63,847 nucleotides of DNA, filler included, from Octopus bimaculoides (GCF_001194135.2; 5 parts of 5 records of this genome joined end to end with filler, not necessarily neighbours in it); one strand, 5' to 3'; counted from the whole stretch's first letter, positions 14,590 through 27,042 are shown. The notes: generated by a model not told the origin, from the letters alone. A program made the numbers and translations.

Positions 14590-16380
14590 AGTAAGGTTTC
14601 GTAATTCTAGAGGGATAACTCTCCTGCACATACCGAGAAGATACTTTCAAGGATCATGTTAGATGAGAGTGTGTGTCCACATGTGATTCCTGAAGAACAA
14701 GGAACAATGGCCATAATATTTTCTGTGAAGCAGGTTCAGGAGAAGTACTTAGAGGAACAAATGTCACTATACCAGGTCTTCATAAGTTTGACTAAGGCAT
14801 TTGACACGGTAAACAGGGAGACGCTGTGGATTGTTTTATGTAAACTTGGTTGCCCAACGCATTTTGTGTGCATCTTTAATGAACTACCCAGAAACAGGTA
14901 GTCTTTAATGGTGAGCAATCTCACGAATTTTCGGTGGACGACGGTGTCGAAAGGGAAATATTCCTGCTCCTACACTTTTCTCTATTTATTTTTCTGAATT
15001 TCTTTGGTATTCTTTAAAGGATTGCAACAGGGGAAAAGAAATCATATTTCAGACATCTGGTTGCATTTTTTATTTGATCCGGTTTAACTGCAAACGAAGA
15101 CTTTCAAACCACTTGTTAGAAAATTACTTTATACTGATGAGGCTTTATGCTGATGCTGCTGATTTGTTGGCACACTCAGAGGGAGATATGCAACATCTAA
15201 CGGACAGATTTTCCACTGCATGTGTACATTTCGGATTCACAATTAGTCTGGAGAAAACCAAAGTAATATTTACTCCCGTGCCAGGACAAAAATATTCTGA
15301 ACCAAACATTTTTGTGAATGAAACAAGATTAGAAGTCGTTGATACCTTTGTTTACCTTGGAAGCAAACTTTCAAGAGATCGTGGTCTTGATGCAGAGATA
15401 TACTATCGAATAAGGAAGGGAAGTGTTGCCTTTGGAAAGCTCAAAAAAGGGAGTATGGGCGGATAGAAGTATTGCCCTGCAGACAAAAATCAGTGTCTCA
15501 TTCAAGTAAGACGTGGACCACTTACAAGCGTCATATAAAAATACTGGAGAGATTTAATCAAAAGTCTCTCAGACGTATCTTAAGAGTCAAGTGGAAATGT
15601 TTCATACCAGACACAGAGGTTTTGCGCATGGCATGTTGTAACTCAACTGAACAACATATTATTTTGGCTCAAATGAGACAGGCTGGACATATTATTAGAA
15701 TGAAAGACGAGCGATTATCAAAGCGTTTTTTTTTTTATTGTGCGCTCAAATCTGGTAAGCAACCATAACATAAACCGAGGAAAGGGTATAAAGACTGTAT
15801 GAAGGAAAACCTGAAGAAACTAGATACGAACAAAAGTGATTGCGAAAATGATGTTCCGGATCAAATGGAGAGGTGTTGTTAGGACTGGTTGCAATGCCTA
15901 GGAGGAAAAGATGATTTAGCACTCTGAGCTTAAAAGGAGCCTGTCGTAAAGGAGCAATTGGAACTGTAATCAACAGTGAACATTGGATATGTATTATATG
16001 TGATCGTGTTCTATTGTCAAAAGCATGTTACGTGAATCATATGACGTTACATGAAAATCGGAATGCCCAGATAAGTTATAATCTTGAACTCCAACCGCCT
16101 CTTACGACTTGTGTCACATGTCACAAAATTTATAAGACAATATCTAGAATTAAAAGACATATGCTAGCTCACAAAAACATTCCTTCTGAATCAGATTCCA
16201 AAGGGTTAAAATATGGAAGAAACTTGAATAATATCTGCCAGTTGTGTTTTAAAGCTAGTCAGTCACCAGCTGGTCGTAAAGGACATCTGAGGGCTCACCA
16301 GCGGAGTGATTGTGCTGAGTGATGGGGTGTGGTGTGTGTGTTAATGGGAAGGCTATCATCTGTCAAAATGAAGTACTCAT
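14590..16380 (+). mobile_element. RTE-clade LINE, 5'-truncated and frameshifted, with C-terminal C2H2 zinc fingers
   Basis: RT motifs IFSVKQVQEK, VFISLTKAFDTVNRETLW, LYADAADLL, FGFTISLEKTKV, FVYLGS, RIRKGSVAFGKL. Then three CxxC..H..H fingers at about 15987-16300 and an (ATGT)n tail. Confidence 0.9.
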
Positions 16381-16454
16381 GTATGTATGTATTTATGCAG
16401 GCATGTATGTATGTATGTATGTATGTATGTATGTATGTATGTATGTATGTATGT

Positions 16455-16718
16455 GCACACGTTTGAATGTGGTGTGTGCCAGAAGGTTTGCAAATCCAAT
16501 GGGGGTCTTAAAAGACATGTTAGGATCCACAATGAGCAGAACTTACCTGCAGGTATTGGTAGTGCAAATCAGAGGTGCAATCTGTGTGGGTGTTTTTTTC
16601 AAAACACTGTCTGGTTTAAAAAGCCACAACAGACGCCATGAAAGGGCTAAGGTGTAGGTGCAGGAGGTGGTCAAACTCTGTGTAAGGAGTAGACAACCAC
16701 CACCAACATGTATGTATG
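16455..16718 (+). mobile_element. Second RTE-like 3' fragment with two C2H2 fingers
   Basis: CGVCQKVCKSNGGLKRHVRIH and CNLCG..FKTLSGLKSHNRRH (one frameshift). Starts inside the (ATGT)n tail of the first copy and ends in CATGTATGTATG. Confidence 0.7.
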
Positions 16719-16818
16719 NNNNNNNNNNNNNNNNNNNNNNNNNNNNNNNNNNNNNNNNNNNNTTAATTAATTAANNNNNNNNNNNNNNNNNNNNNNNNNN
16801 NNNNNNNNNNNNNNNNNN

Positions 16819-16869
<51 letters not shown>

Positions 16870-16875
<6 letters not shown>

Positions 16876-17076
16876 CTGAACCCTTAGAGTGTCGGACAAA
16901 ATGTGCTGTGTTTGCTCTGGTCTTCTACGTTCTGATTTCAAATCCCATCGTGTGAACTTTACCTTTCATCCTTCTGAGGGTCGATAAAGTAAAGTACCAG
17001 TCAAGTATAAGAGACAATTTAAGTTACTAACCCACACTCGCTAAAACCTGCTGGCCTTGTGCAGAAATTAGAAACA
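16870..17076 (+). mobile_element. SINE family A, diverged
   Basis: CCTTTCATCCTTCTGAGGGTCGATAAAG and GCTGGCCTTGTGC..AAATTAGAAAC. Confidence 0.75.
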
Positions 17077-17958
17077 ATGTGTGTGGTGTGGGTGCGTGTC
17101 TGTGTGGGTGCGCGTATGGGTGGAATGAAAACGAGAAAATGTCAAACTTCGGAGACATGAACAAATAACATTAAAATACTGTGGGATAGATGTAGATATA
17201 ACATAAAGATTCACAAGACGCACGCACATATACACCTTATATCGTATGTAGGTACAGAAGATATAAGTAAATTTATATATCATCACTCTATATGCGTGTG
17301 AGATGTTTTGCTGAAAAATATAACATGAATTTAATAAAACATGAACATAATGTGAATTCAAAAATCTCAATTATCACAACGTTTAGTAAAGTTCATGTTA
17401 CGCTGTGGATCACACACAATACAGACACAAACTACCCACACTGACTTGTACTGATATATCACTTCACTGCGTATATAACAAACGCTACGTACACACAGGT
17501 ANNNNNNNNNNNNNNNNNNNNNNNNNNNNNNNNNNNNNNNNNNNNNNNNNNNNNNNNNNNNNNNNNNNNNNNNNNNNNNNNNNNNNNNNNNNNNNNNNNN
17601 NNNNNNNNNNNNNNNNNNNNNNNNNNNNNNNNNNNNNNNNNNNNNNNNNNNNNNNNNNNNNNNNNNNNNNNNNNNNNNNNNNNNNNNNNNNNNNNNNNNN
17701 NNNNNNNNNNNNNNNNTATATATATATATATATATATATATATGAATGTATGTATACTAACAATTACAGACAACACACGCACGTGTATTCACACGCACAC
17801 ACATATACATACATATAACGACATATTTATATACAGACGTGTGCAATTGCATGTGTCTGTGTATATGTGTTAAATACATTTATATACATGTATATACACG
17901 AATCTGATATCTGTAATAACAACCCTATTAATATATACACACCTGCAGTCTTCAGTAG

Positions 17959-17989
17959 GTCATCTGTACATTTGAATCCAAATCTCCAG
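17959..17989 (+). CDS. Candidate 31-nt micro-exon of an unidentified gene (VICTFESKSP)
   Basis: NAGNAG acceptor cagtag|, strong donor CAG|GTAAGA, phase-compatible with 18253-18342. No homology recognised. Confidence 0.3.
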
Positions 17990-18252
17990 GTAAGACAAAT
18001 TCGTACATAGATAGATAGATATTTGTGTACGTATATCTAGATATACATTTATATTCCGTTATAGTAATTTATCCTTCTATTAAACTGGCAGTAGTATACA
18101 CAGACAATGAGTGAATAGCGATAACACGGTACAGCTTGTCTTTTGTTCGTAGTCGTCGCCTTTATTCTGTTGTATTAAGATCTTGTCACTGTCAACGGGG
18201 TAAATACATCTAATATACTGGATGTCAACTGCCGTTGATGCTTGTTTCACAG

Positions 18253-18342
18253 TACTGGCTCGATTCACCACGCACACACGGAAGTACTTTGAGCAGGAAG
18301 ACCCTTCTATGTGCCTGCTCGTAAATCTCAAGAAAGATAAAA
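18253..18342 (+). CDS. Candidate 90-nt exon (LARFTTHTRKYFEQEDPSMCLLVNLKKDK)
   Basis: Acceptor cttgtttcacag|, donor AAA|GTACGT. Only this frame is open across the whole exon. Non-repetitive, GC-richer island. Confidence 0.35.
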
Positions 18343-19032
18343 GTACGTGCGTATGCGCGTACTTAAGTGTTTTGTGTGATTACTGTGTACATACACACAT
18401 GTATATGTGTATGTGCGTGTGTGTGTGTGTATGTATGTGTATGATTTTGTCTTATTAGCGTGTCAGCGCGAATTGATGTTGCCTTCGACTACAAGTAAAA
18501 TATATAGGTAAGAATCCGATTATCATGTGGGCCAGACATAGCCAACCTTCACGCTCACACCCTTTTTGACTGACTGTTGTCGGTTATTAAGCAAACGGCA
18601 GACAAACAAATGTGAGTGAAGGGGAAGTAGAGAGACGGAGGGAGAGCGAAAGAGAGAACAGGAAGACAAAACGAGAGGGGAGAAAGAGGAAGAGAGAGTC
18701 ATAGAGAGAGGAAGAGAACGAGAGAGAATATGTGAGACGGTAGAAGCTACAATGTTGAAGATGTGGGTTGTAGAATCAGGCAGATTACTGTTTTAAATAC
18801 ACGTAAAGAAAGAGAGAGAGAGGGAGGGAGGAAGAGAGGGACGGGAAGAGTGACGAAAGGGAAAAACAGAGGGAGATATACTAGAGGAGAGAGGAAGAGG
18901 GAGAAGGGAAACAAAAAAAGAGAGATTGAAAAAGTAAAGAAGAAAGTTTTTGGATAAATATATATATATATACATATATGTCTGTGCCTGTGTGTACATA
19001 TAAATATACACATATATGTGTATATTTATATA

Positions 19033-19065
<33 letters not shown>

Positions 19066-19226
19066 ATATATTTATGTCTGTGTATGTATGTTTATATATA
19101 TATATGTATATATATGTATGTATGTTTATATATATATATATATGTTTGTATATATTTATGTCTGTGAATGTATGTTTATATATATATATATATGTTTGTA
19201 TATATTTATGTCTGTGTATGTATGTT

Positions 19227-19277
<51 letters not shown>

Positions 19278-19299
19278 ATATTTATGTCTGTGTATGTAT

Positions 19300-19338
<39 letters not shown>

Positions 19339-19392
19339 AATTTATATGAATATGTGCAAATGTGTGTGTGTTGCGCCTACGTACGTTTGTAT

Positions 19393-19430
<38 letters not shown>

Positions 19431-19539
19431 AATGAAAAGATTGTAAACAAAAACAAGTATTCGAATGAGTGGGAGTCTAAAGTGAAAGAGAAGAAGCATT
19501 TGTTAATTGCCCCCACCCCACTACCTACTACTCAAACAG

Positions 19540-19607
19540 CCACGTTCTGCTTCGCTTTCCTCGTTGGACAGCGAGGGCAGCGGCGGCGTGCTATTCAGCC
19601 ATTGTAG
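19540..19607 (+). CDS. Candidate terminal coding exon (TFCFAFLVGQRGQRRRAIQPL*)
   Basis: Acceptor ctcaaacag|, phase 1 matches the preceding candidate exon, CpG-rich island. Alternative frames and the opposite strand are also open. Confidence 0.3.
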
Positions 19608-20527
19608 CCGTGCAGCCGCGAGCTGCCAGCCCGGCATCGCAGATAGTGATTATTTCGTAGCTAGTGTACTCATCTTTCTTTAAACAAGTGTACACACGCA
19701 TGCATGTATGTGGACACAAACATATATATGTGTTTGTGTGTGTGTATATGTATGTATATATATATATATATATATATATNNNNNNNNNNNNNNNNNNNNN
19801 NNNNNNNNNNNNNNNNNNNNNNNNNNNNNNNNNNNNNNNNNNNNNNNNNNNNNNNNNNNNNNNNNNNNNNNNNNNNNNNNNNNNNNNNNNNNNNNNNNNN
19901 NNNNNNNNNNNNNNNNNNNNNNNNNNNNNNNNNNNNNNNNNNNNNNNNNNNNNNNNNNNNNNNNNNNNNNNNNNNNNNNNNNNNNNNNNNNNNNNNNNNN
20001 NNNNNNNNNNNNNNNNNNNNNNNNNNNNNNNNNNNNNNNNNNNNNNNNNNNNNNNNNNNNNNNNNNNNNNNNNNNNNNNNNNNNNNNNNNNNNNNNNNNN
20101 NNNNNNNNNNNNNNNNNNNNNNNNNNNNNNNNNNNNNNNNNNNNNNNNNNNNNNNNNNNNNNNNNNNNNNNNNNNNNNNNNNNNNNNNNNNNNNNNNNNN
20201 NNNNNNNNNNNNNNNNNNNNNNNNNNNNNNNNNNNNNNNNNNNNNNNNNNNNNNNNNNNNNNNNNNNNNNNNNNNNNNNNNNNNNNNNNNNNNNNNNNNN
20301 NNNNNNNNNNNNNNNNNNNNNNNNNNNNNNNNNNNNNNNNNNNNNNNNNNNNNNNNNNNNNNNNNNNNNNNNNNNNNNNNNNNNNNNNNNNNNNNNNNNN
20401 NNNNNNNNNNNNNNNNNNNNNNNNNNNNNNNNNNNNNNNNNNNNNNNNNNNNNNNNNNNNNNNNNNNNNNNNNNNNNNNNNNNNNNNNNNNNNNNNNNNN
20501 NNNNNNNNNNNNNNNNNNNNNNNNNNN

Positions 20528-20565
<38 letters not shown>

Positions 20566-20889
20566 TTTCTCAACGAGAAAATGAAGAAAATACAAAAATT
20601 TAATGTAGAGACATTATTTATTTAAAGACATTCAACTTTATACATAGAAATTCCTGTACACAGGAATTTCTATGTGTGAATTTGAATGTCTTTAAATAAA
20701 TAACGACTCTACGTCAAATTTTTGTATTTTCTTCATTTTCTTTTTCAGAAAGGTTTATTTAAATACCTATACGTTTCGATGATAAATTAATATACTTGGT
20801 TTACACTGAATGCAGGTAAAAACCGGAGAACTAGGATGCTCGCATCTCTTAAGGGACTTGGGTTCCTTGTCTTAATAATATATAGATAT

Positions 20890-21134
20890 GTATTATATAT
20901 ATGTATGTGCGAGTGTGTGTGTGTCTGTGTGTGTTTGTGTCTGTGTTTGTCCCCTCACAGTCGCTTGACAACCGATGTTGGTGTGTTTACGTTCCCGTAA
21001 TCTAGCAGTTTGACCTACGTAACCGATAGAATAAGTACTAGGCTTACAAAGAATGAGTGCTGGGGTTGATTTGTTCGACTAAAGGCTATGCTCCAGCATG
21101 GCTGAAGTCAAATGACTGAAAGAAGAAAAAGAAC

Positions 21135-21187
<53 letters not shown>

Positions 21188-22119
21188 TAATTAAAAAAAC
21201 GGAGAAAAACACAAGAAAAAAAACAACGCGAGGACGTGGTACATGCAAAGCATTAATACGACGCCCAGGGAAGGAAAGAAAGGGTGTATATACATATGTA
21301 TGTATGTATGTAAAGCAGAGAGAGGAAGAGATGAATAGATAGNNNNNNNNNNNNNNNNNNNNNNNNNNNNNNNNNNNNNNNNNNNNNNNNNNNNNNNNNN
21401 NNNNNNNNNNNNNNNNNNNNNNNNNNNNNNNNNNNNNNNNNNNNNNNNNNNNNNNNNNNNNNNNNNNNNNNNNNNNNNNNNNNNNNNNNNNNNNNNNNNN
21501 NNNNNNNNNNNNNNNNNNNNNNNNNNNNNNNNNNNNNNNNNNNNNNNNNNNNNNNNNNNNNNNNNNNNNNNNNNNNNNNNNNNNNNNNNNNNNNNNNNNN
21601 NNNNNNNNNNNNNNNNNNNNNNNNNNNNNNNNNNNNNNNNNNNNNNNNNNNNNNNNNNNNNNNNNNNNNNNNNNNNNNNNNNNNNNNNNNNNNNNNNNNN
21701 NNNNNNNNNNNNNNNNNNNNNNNNNNNNNNNNNNNNNNNNNNNNNNNNNNNNNNNNNNNNNNNNNNNNNNNNNNNNNNNNNNNNNNNNNNNNNNNNNNNN
21801 NNNNNNNNNNNNNNNNNNNNNNNNNNNNNNNNNNNNNNNNNNNNNNNNNNNNNNNNNNNNNNNNNNNNNNNNNNNNNNNNNNNNNNNNNNNNNNNNNNNN
21901 NNNNNNNNNNNNNNNNNNNNNNNNNNNNNNNNNNNNNNNNNNNNNNNNNNNNNNNNNNNNNNNNNNNNNNNNNNNNNNNNNNNNNNNNNNNNNNNNNNNN
22001 NNNNNNNNNNNNNNNNNNNNNNNNNNNNNNNNNNNNNNNNNNNNNNNNNNNNNNNNNNNNNNNNNNNNNNNNNNNNNNNNNNNNNNNNNNNNNNNNNNNN
22101 NNNNNNNNNNAAAAAGAAC

Positions 22120-22166
<47 letters not shown>

Positions 22167-22365
22167 CGTGTGTCTGTGTTTGTCCCCCCACCATCGCTTG
22201 ACAACCGATGCTGGTGTGTTTACGTCCCCGTAACTTAGCGGTTGGGCAAAAAGAATGACCGATAGAATAAGTACTAGGCTTACAAAGAATAAGTCCTGGG
22301 GTCGATTTGATTCGACTAAAGGTCGCAGTCAAATGACTGAAACAAGTAAAAGAGTAAAAGAGTAT
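20890..22365 (+). mobile_element. SINE family B 3' halves at 20890-21130 and 22140-22365
   Basis: GCTTGACAACCGATG..CCGATAGAATAAGTACTAGGCTTACAAAGAAT..AATGACTGAAA. Confidence 0.85.
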
Positions 22366-23011
22366 ACGTAACTCCTGCCAAATGTGTTGGGTGCCACGTT
22401 TACACACATACAAATAAGTAGATAACTAAACAGAAGGATAAATAATCAGTGAAGGAGATATTAATGACGATTATGATGAAAAAGAAGCGACCCTATCCTC
22501 GTGTCAATCATTCGATTTTCATCATTTCCACTCTTTCATTATCCTTACGCTATTTTGACCGCCATGTTTTTACCTCTCCTGTATTGTCCCTTCTGCGTAT
22601 TAGCCTTTTATGGTGAAGAAAAAATTTCTGCCGACTTTTTGTTACTTTAGCAACAGTTTTAGCTTAACAATAATACTCTGTTGTGTGAATAAAATTGTAA
22701 CTCCATGCATGTATAATATTTTTAGTCAGAAATATTTTTGCAAAACTGTCGTATGTGGGACTTACTACACTTTTGAAAAATGCCAAATCGTTTTGCTACA
22801 CTTTGAGAATTTTCATGTCTTGGTATCTGAAGCCGCTGGAGATACGATAGTTTGACCAAAAGAAACAGCTTTTACAAACATAATTAAATATTGAAAAAAT
22901 AAAACGCATTTAACCAAATTTGGACATATGACAGTTTAACATAATACTAACGATATATCCGCTAAATCAACAAGTTCTTCTTCATTCTCTCTGTGTTTAT
23001 TTTCTCTTATT

Positions 23012-23095
23012 CCTGTCTGTTGAAGAGCATACGCTCGAAAGGTAAAAGATTTTTCATTTTCCCGAGAGTCAAACTAATACGCCTGCTTGTTGTTC
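23012..23095 (+). mobile_element. Penelope-type repeat end with hammerhead-like motif
   Basis: CTGTTGA-A-GAGC-ATAC-GCTC-GAAA-GGT-A-AAAGA, followed by CCCGAG..AAACTAATAC. Paralogous to 45592-45670 and 58360-58480. Confidence 0.6.
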
Positions 23096-23531
23096 NNNNN
23101 NNNNNNNNNNNNNNNNNNNNNNNNNNNNNNNNNNNNNNNNNNNNNNNNNNNNNNNNNNNNNNNNNNNNNNNNNNNNNNNNNNNNNNNNNNNNNNNNNNNN
23201 NNNNNNNNNNNNNNNNNNNNNNNNNNNNNNNNNNNNNNNNNNNNNNNNNNNNNNNNNNNNNNNNNNNNNNNNNNNNNNNNNNNNNNNNNNNNNNNNNNNN
23301 NNNNNNNNNNNNNNNNNNNNNNNNNNNNNNNNNNNNNNNNNNNNNNNNNNNNNNNNNNNNNNNNNNNNNNNNNNNNNNNNNNNNNNNNNNNNNNNNNNNN
23401 NNNNNNNNNNNNNNNNNNNNNNNNNNNNNNNNNNNNNNNNNNNNNNNNNNNNNNNNNNNNNNNNNNNNNNNNNNNNNNNNNNNNNNNNNNNNNNNNNNNN
23501 NNNNNNNNNNNNNNNNNNNNNNNNNNNNNNN

Positions 23532-23607
<76 letters not shown>

Positions 23608-23700
23608 GATAGGCACTCACACATATACCATACATTGGTAAGTTGCCAAAGTCATTGACTCGCTGGGTAGAAATGTGGAGCAAAATGTGTACCGTTTGAG

Positions 23701-23732
<32 letters not shown>

Positions 23733-23979
23733 TGTATGTATGTATGTACGAATGCATATATGTATGTATGTTTTTTCCTGAAGCTGAAAAATTTCGAAAA
23801 AAAATTTGCATTGCAGAACATCAGACAAAATTATTTCCTCTAGGTACTTCTGTCTGTTTGTCTGCCTCTCTCACTCTCTTTCACTTTCTCTCTCTCCCCC
23901 TTACACATACATACACGTATATGCGTTTGTATTTATGTGTGTGTGTATGCATGTATGTACGTACGTACGTACGTAAGTT

Positions 23980-24300
23980 CGTGGCTTTGTGGTTAGGGTA
24001 TGCAAGCTCGCGATCGTAAGGTCGTTAGTGCGATTACCCGCGGTGCATTGTGTCCTTGAGCAAGATACTTTATTTCACGTTGCTCCAATCCACTCAGCTG
24101 GCAAAAATTAGTTGTACCAGTCATACAAAAGGCCGGTTTTGTTACATATCAATTCTATGTCACGCTGAATCTCCCTACGGACTACGTTAAGGGTGCGCGT
24201 GTCTATGGAGTGACCAGTCACTTGCAGGTGAATTCTAAGTCCGTTAATCGAATCAAACTGGAACACTCGTCGTCGTAAACGACGGAGAGCCACGATGTGC
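23980..24300 (+). mobile_element. SINE family C (tRNA-Arg-like head)
   Basis: GTGGCTTTGTGGTTAGGG head, TCCTTGAGCAAGATACT core, tail ACTGGAACACTCGTCGTCGTAA. Confidence 0.85.
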
Positions 24301-24479
24301 GTACGTTCGAAAGAAACATAAGCACTGTCTCGTAGCTAGAGTGTGCGCCGCCCGGGGCAGCAATTCCGTTTGCCGCCCCCGGACCCCACAAAAAACACAT
24401 ATTGCCTACAGCAATAGCCTGCAACAGGATGAAAAGTGCCCCCCACCCCAGCGGCGCTAGTGGTCCTAGCACTCATAGG

Positions 24480-25295
24480 GCTGATTACCATGACGTATAA
24501 GTGACCGACATCACAGTGTCCCCTAAACGGGAGATAAGTCCATCGCGAGGTTACTCATTTACAGCGGAGCGCGCTGGGGCAACCTGAAAAGAAGTGTTTT
24601 GCTCAAAAACACGTGACTGCCCAGTCCAGGAATCAAACCCACAATCGAACGATCCGTCTGGCGGATTATTATACGGTTTCAGTCGAACCAAATTCATTCA
24701 AAAGGTATGAGTAGATCCGCTGCTATAGAAAAAGACACATGCAGCGGAATAGAACGTGTAACCTTGCGGTTGTGAAACGAACTTTTAACCATTTAGCCAT
24801 GTCGCACCTACAGATGCTTCCACTATCGTAGGAGCACTACGTTGGTTACGACGACGAGGGTTCCTGCTGGTACGATCAACGGAACAACTTGCTCGTGAAA
24901 CTAACGTGCAAGTGGCTGAGCACTCCACTGCCCTAACCACTAAGCTACGCCGCCTTCACTATCATCGTGATACTCTACTCCGTCGGTTACGACGACGATG
25001 GTTCCAGTTGATCCGATCAACGGAACAACTTGCTCGTGAAATTAACGTGCAAGTGGCTGAGCACTCCACAGACACGTGTACCCTTAACATAGTTCTCAGG
25101 GTCATGCAGCGTGATACAAAGGGTGACAAGGCTGGCCCCTTTGAAATACAGGTACCACTCATTTTTACCAGCTGAGTGGACTGGAGCAACGTAAAATAAA
25201 GTGTTTTGCTCAAGGACACAATTCGTCGCTGGGGATTGGACTTACGACCTTACGATCGTGAGTCGAATGCCCTAACCACTAAGCCACGTGCCTTC
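24480..25295 (-). mobile_element. SINE family C cluster: partial (24480-24660), internally deleted (24835-24960) and full (24975-25290) copies
   Basis: Repeated GATCAACGGAACAACTTGCTCGTGAAA.TAACGTGCAAGTGGCTGAGCACTCCAC and TGCCCTAACCACTAAGC. Confidence 0.85.
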
Positions 25296-25364
25296 ACTAT
25301 CATAATGACATAATGAATAAAGTATTGATCATTCCTATCTCAAATAAATTTATTATATTTTATC

Positions 25365-25745
25365 TTTAACTTGTTTCGTTCATTGGACTGTGGCTATACT
25401 GGAGCACCACATAAAAGGGTTTAGTCGAAAAAAATCGATCCCAGTACTCACGTCCTTTTTAAACCTGGTTCTTATTGTATCGATCTCTTTTTGTCGAACC
25501 TCTATGTTATCGAGACATAAACAAACCAACACGGGTTGTGAAACAGTGGTGGAAGACACACACGCACCCCACCCCCGCACACACACTCACAAACACACAT
25601 GTGTATACGACAGGCTTCTTTCTGTTTCTGTCTAACAAAGCTACTCATAATATTTAGGGCGGTCTTGACGCTATAACAGAAGACAGATACCCAAGATGTC
25701 ACACCGTGGAACTGAACTCGGAACCACATGGTTGGGAAGCCATGA
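25365..25745 (-). mobile_element. SINE family B
   Basis: Reverse complement of family B, from tail (GACTGTGGCTATACTGGAGCACC) to head (GAACCACATGGTTGGGAAGC). Confidence 0.8.
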
Positions 25746-26575
25746 AATGAGACAAAAATGACGAAAAGCATGAGTTTGTACTCTACTCTTATGGCATGTA
25801 TAACATTGAATTTTAAACGGCTGAAATGCATGAATCTAATGGTCATTCGAAGATGGATATCAATTGAAATATTTGGAATGATTTCCAGTTCGAAGTTCGA
25901 ATAACGATAATGTTACTTCAATGAAAAGAAAAATGTAAAGACACTTGAATGAAAGTTCAATGTCGAATGACAAAATATCAGCTATGGAATTCTTTTTAGA
26001 ATCTCTCTCATTCTCTCTTAGTCTTTAAGTGCAAACGCCGGGGAGAAACAGTCAACACTCTCACTAGTTATATGACATAAATTGGAATATATTGCTCGAC
26101 AATGTATGTATGTATGTATGTATGTATGTACGTATGTATGTATGTATAGTTCTATATCTATAAATATATATGTGTGTGTGTAATGCATGTATAATATATG
26201 TACTTGTACGTGCGTATATGTGTGTGTGTGTTCGTATGCAAGCCCGTGCGTATATATATATATATATATATATATNNNNNNNNNNNNNNNNNNNNNNNNN
26301 NNNNNNNNNNNNNNNNNNNNNNNNNNNNNNNNNNNNNNNNNNNNNNNNNNNNNNNNNNNNNNNNNNNNNNNNNNNNNNNNNNNNNNNNNNNNNNNGTATG
26401 CACTAAAATAAACATACATATTCTGCATATCATTTCCTTGGTCAAGTATCCGTGTTTCAAACCGAAAACGTTATATACACTCCTCGCCTTTATCATAAGA
26501 TAAGAACGATACTGGTTTTTTTATATACATGTTACTTTATGGTTTATTTAACACATACGCGCGCGCGCGCGTATA

Positions 26576-26611
<36 letters not shown>

Positions 26612-26676
26612 CGTGCGAGCGCGCCAAGCAAGATGCTTTTATGTTTGTATGTCTTGTTAGATCTATCTATCAATCA

Positions 26677-26730
<54 letters not shown>

Positions 26731-27042
26731 AAAAATGTAGTAGTCTCATGGAATGTAATCATTATGCAAAGTTTCGAATCCTTGTCTATATAAAAGTTAC
26801 CAAAAATAAACAAATCAATCATCTCGTAAAACTTGTAGTGACGCTTAATCGACGATTAAAAGGGTTAAAGCGGATCAACGGAATTAAAACGTTATGTCTT
26901 AAATGCCCTATTAAGTCGTTAATCTTATACAATTAGTAGTATAGAAGAACATGCACACATATGTACAGCTAGATCTAGTTATAGACATGGTCAGGTATTA
27001 ACTATAGAAAGCTGCACGCATGTTCTGTACGAGATGCGGGGA

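Noticed and set aside
16763-16774. TTAATTAATTAA islands centred in 100-bp N blocks (also 35749, 45536, 61497)
   Set aside because: An identical 12-mer between 44-N runs, with stops in all six frames: an artificial scaffolding spacer, not biology.
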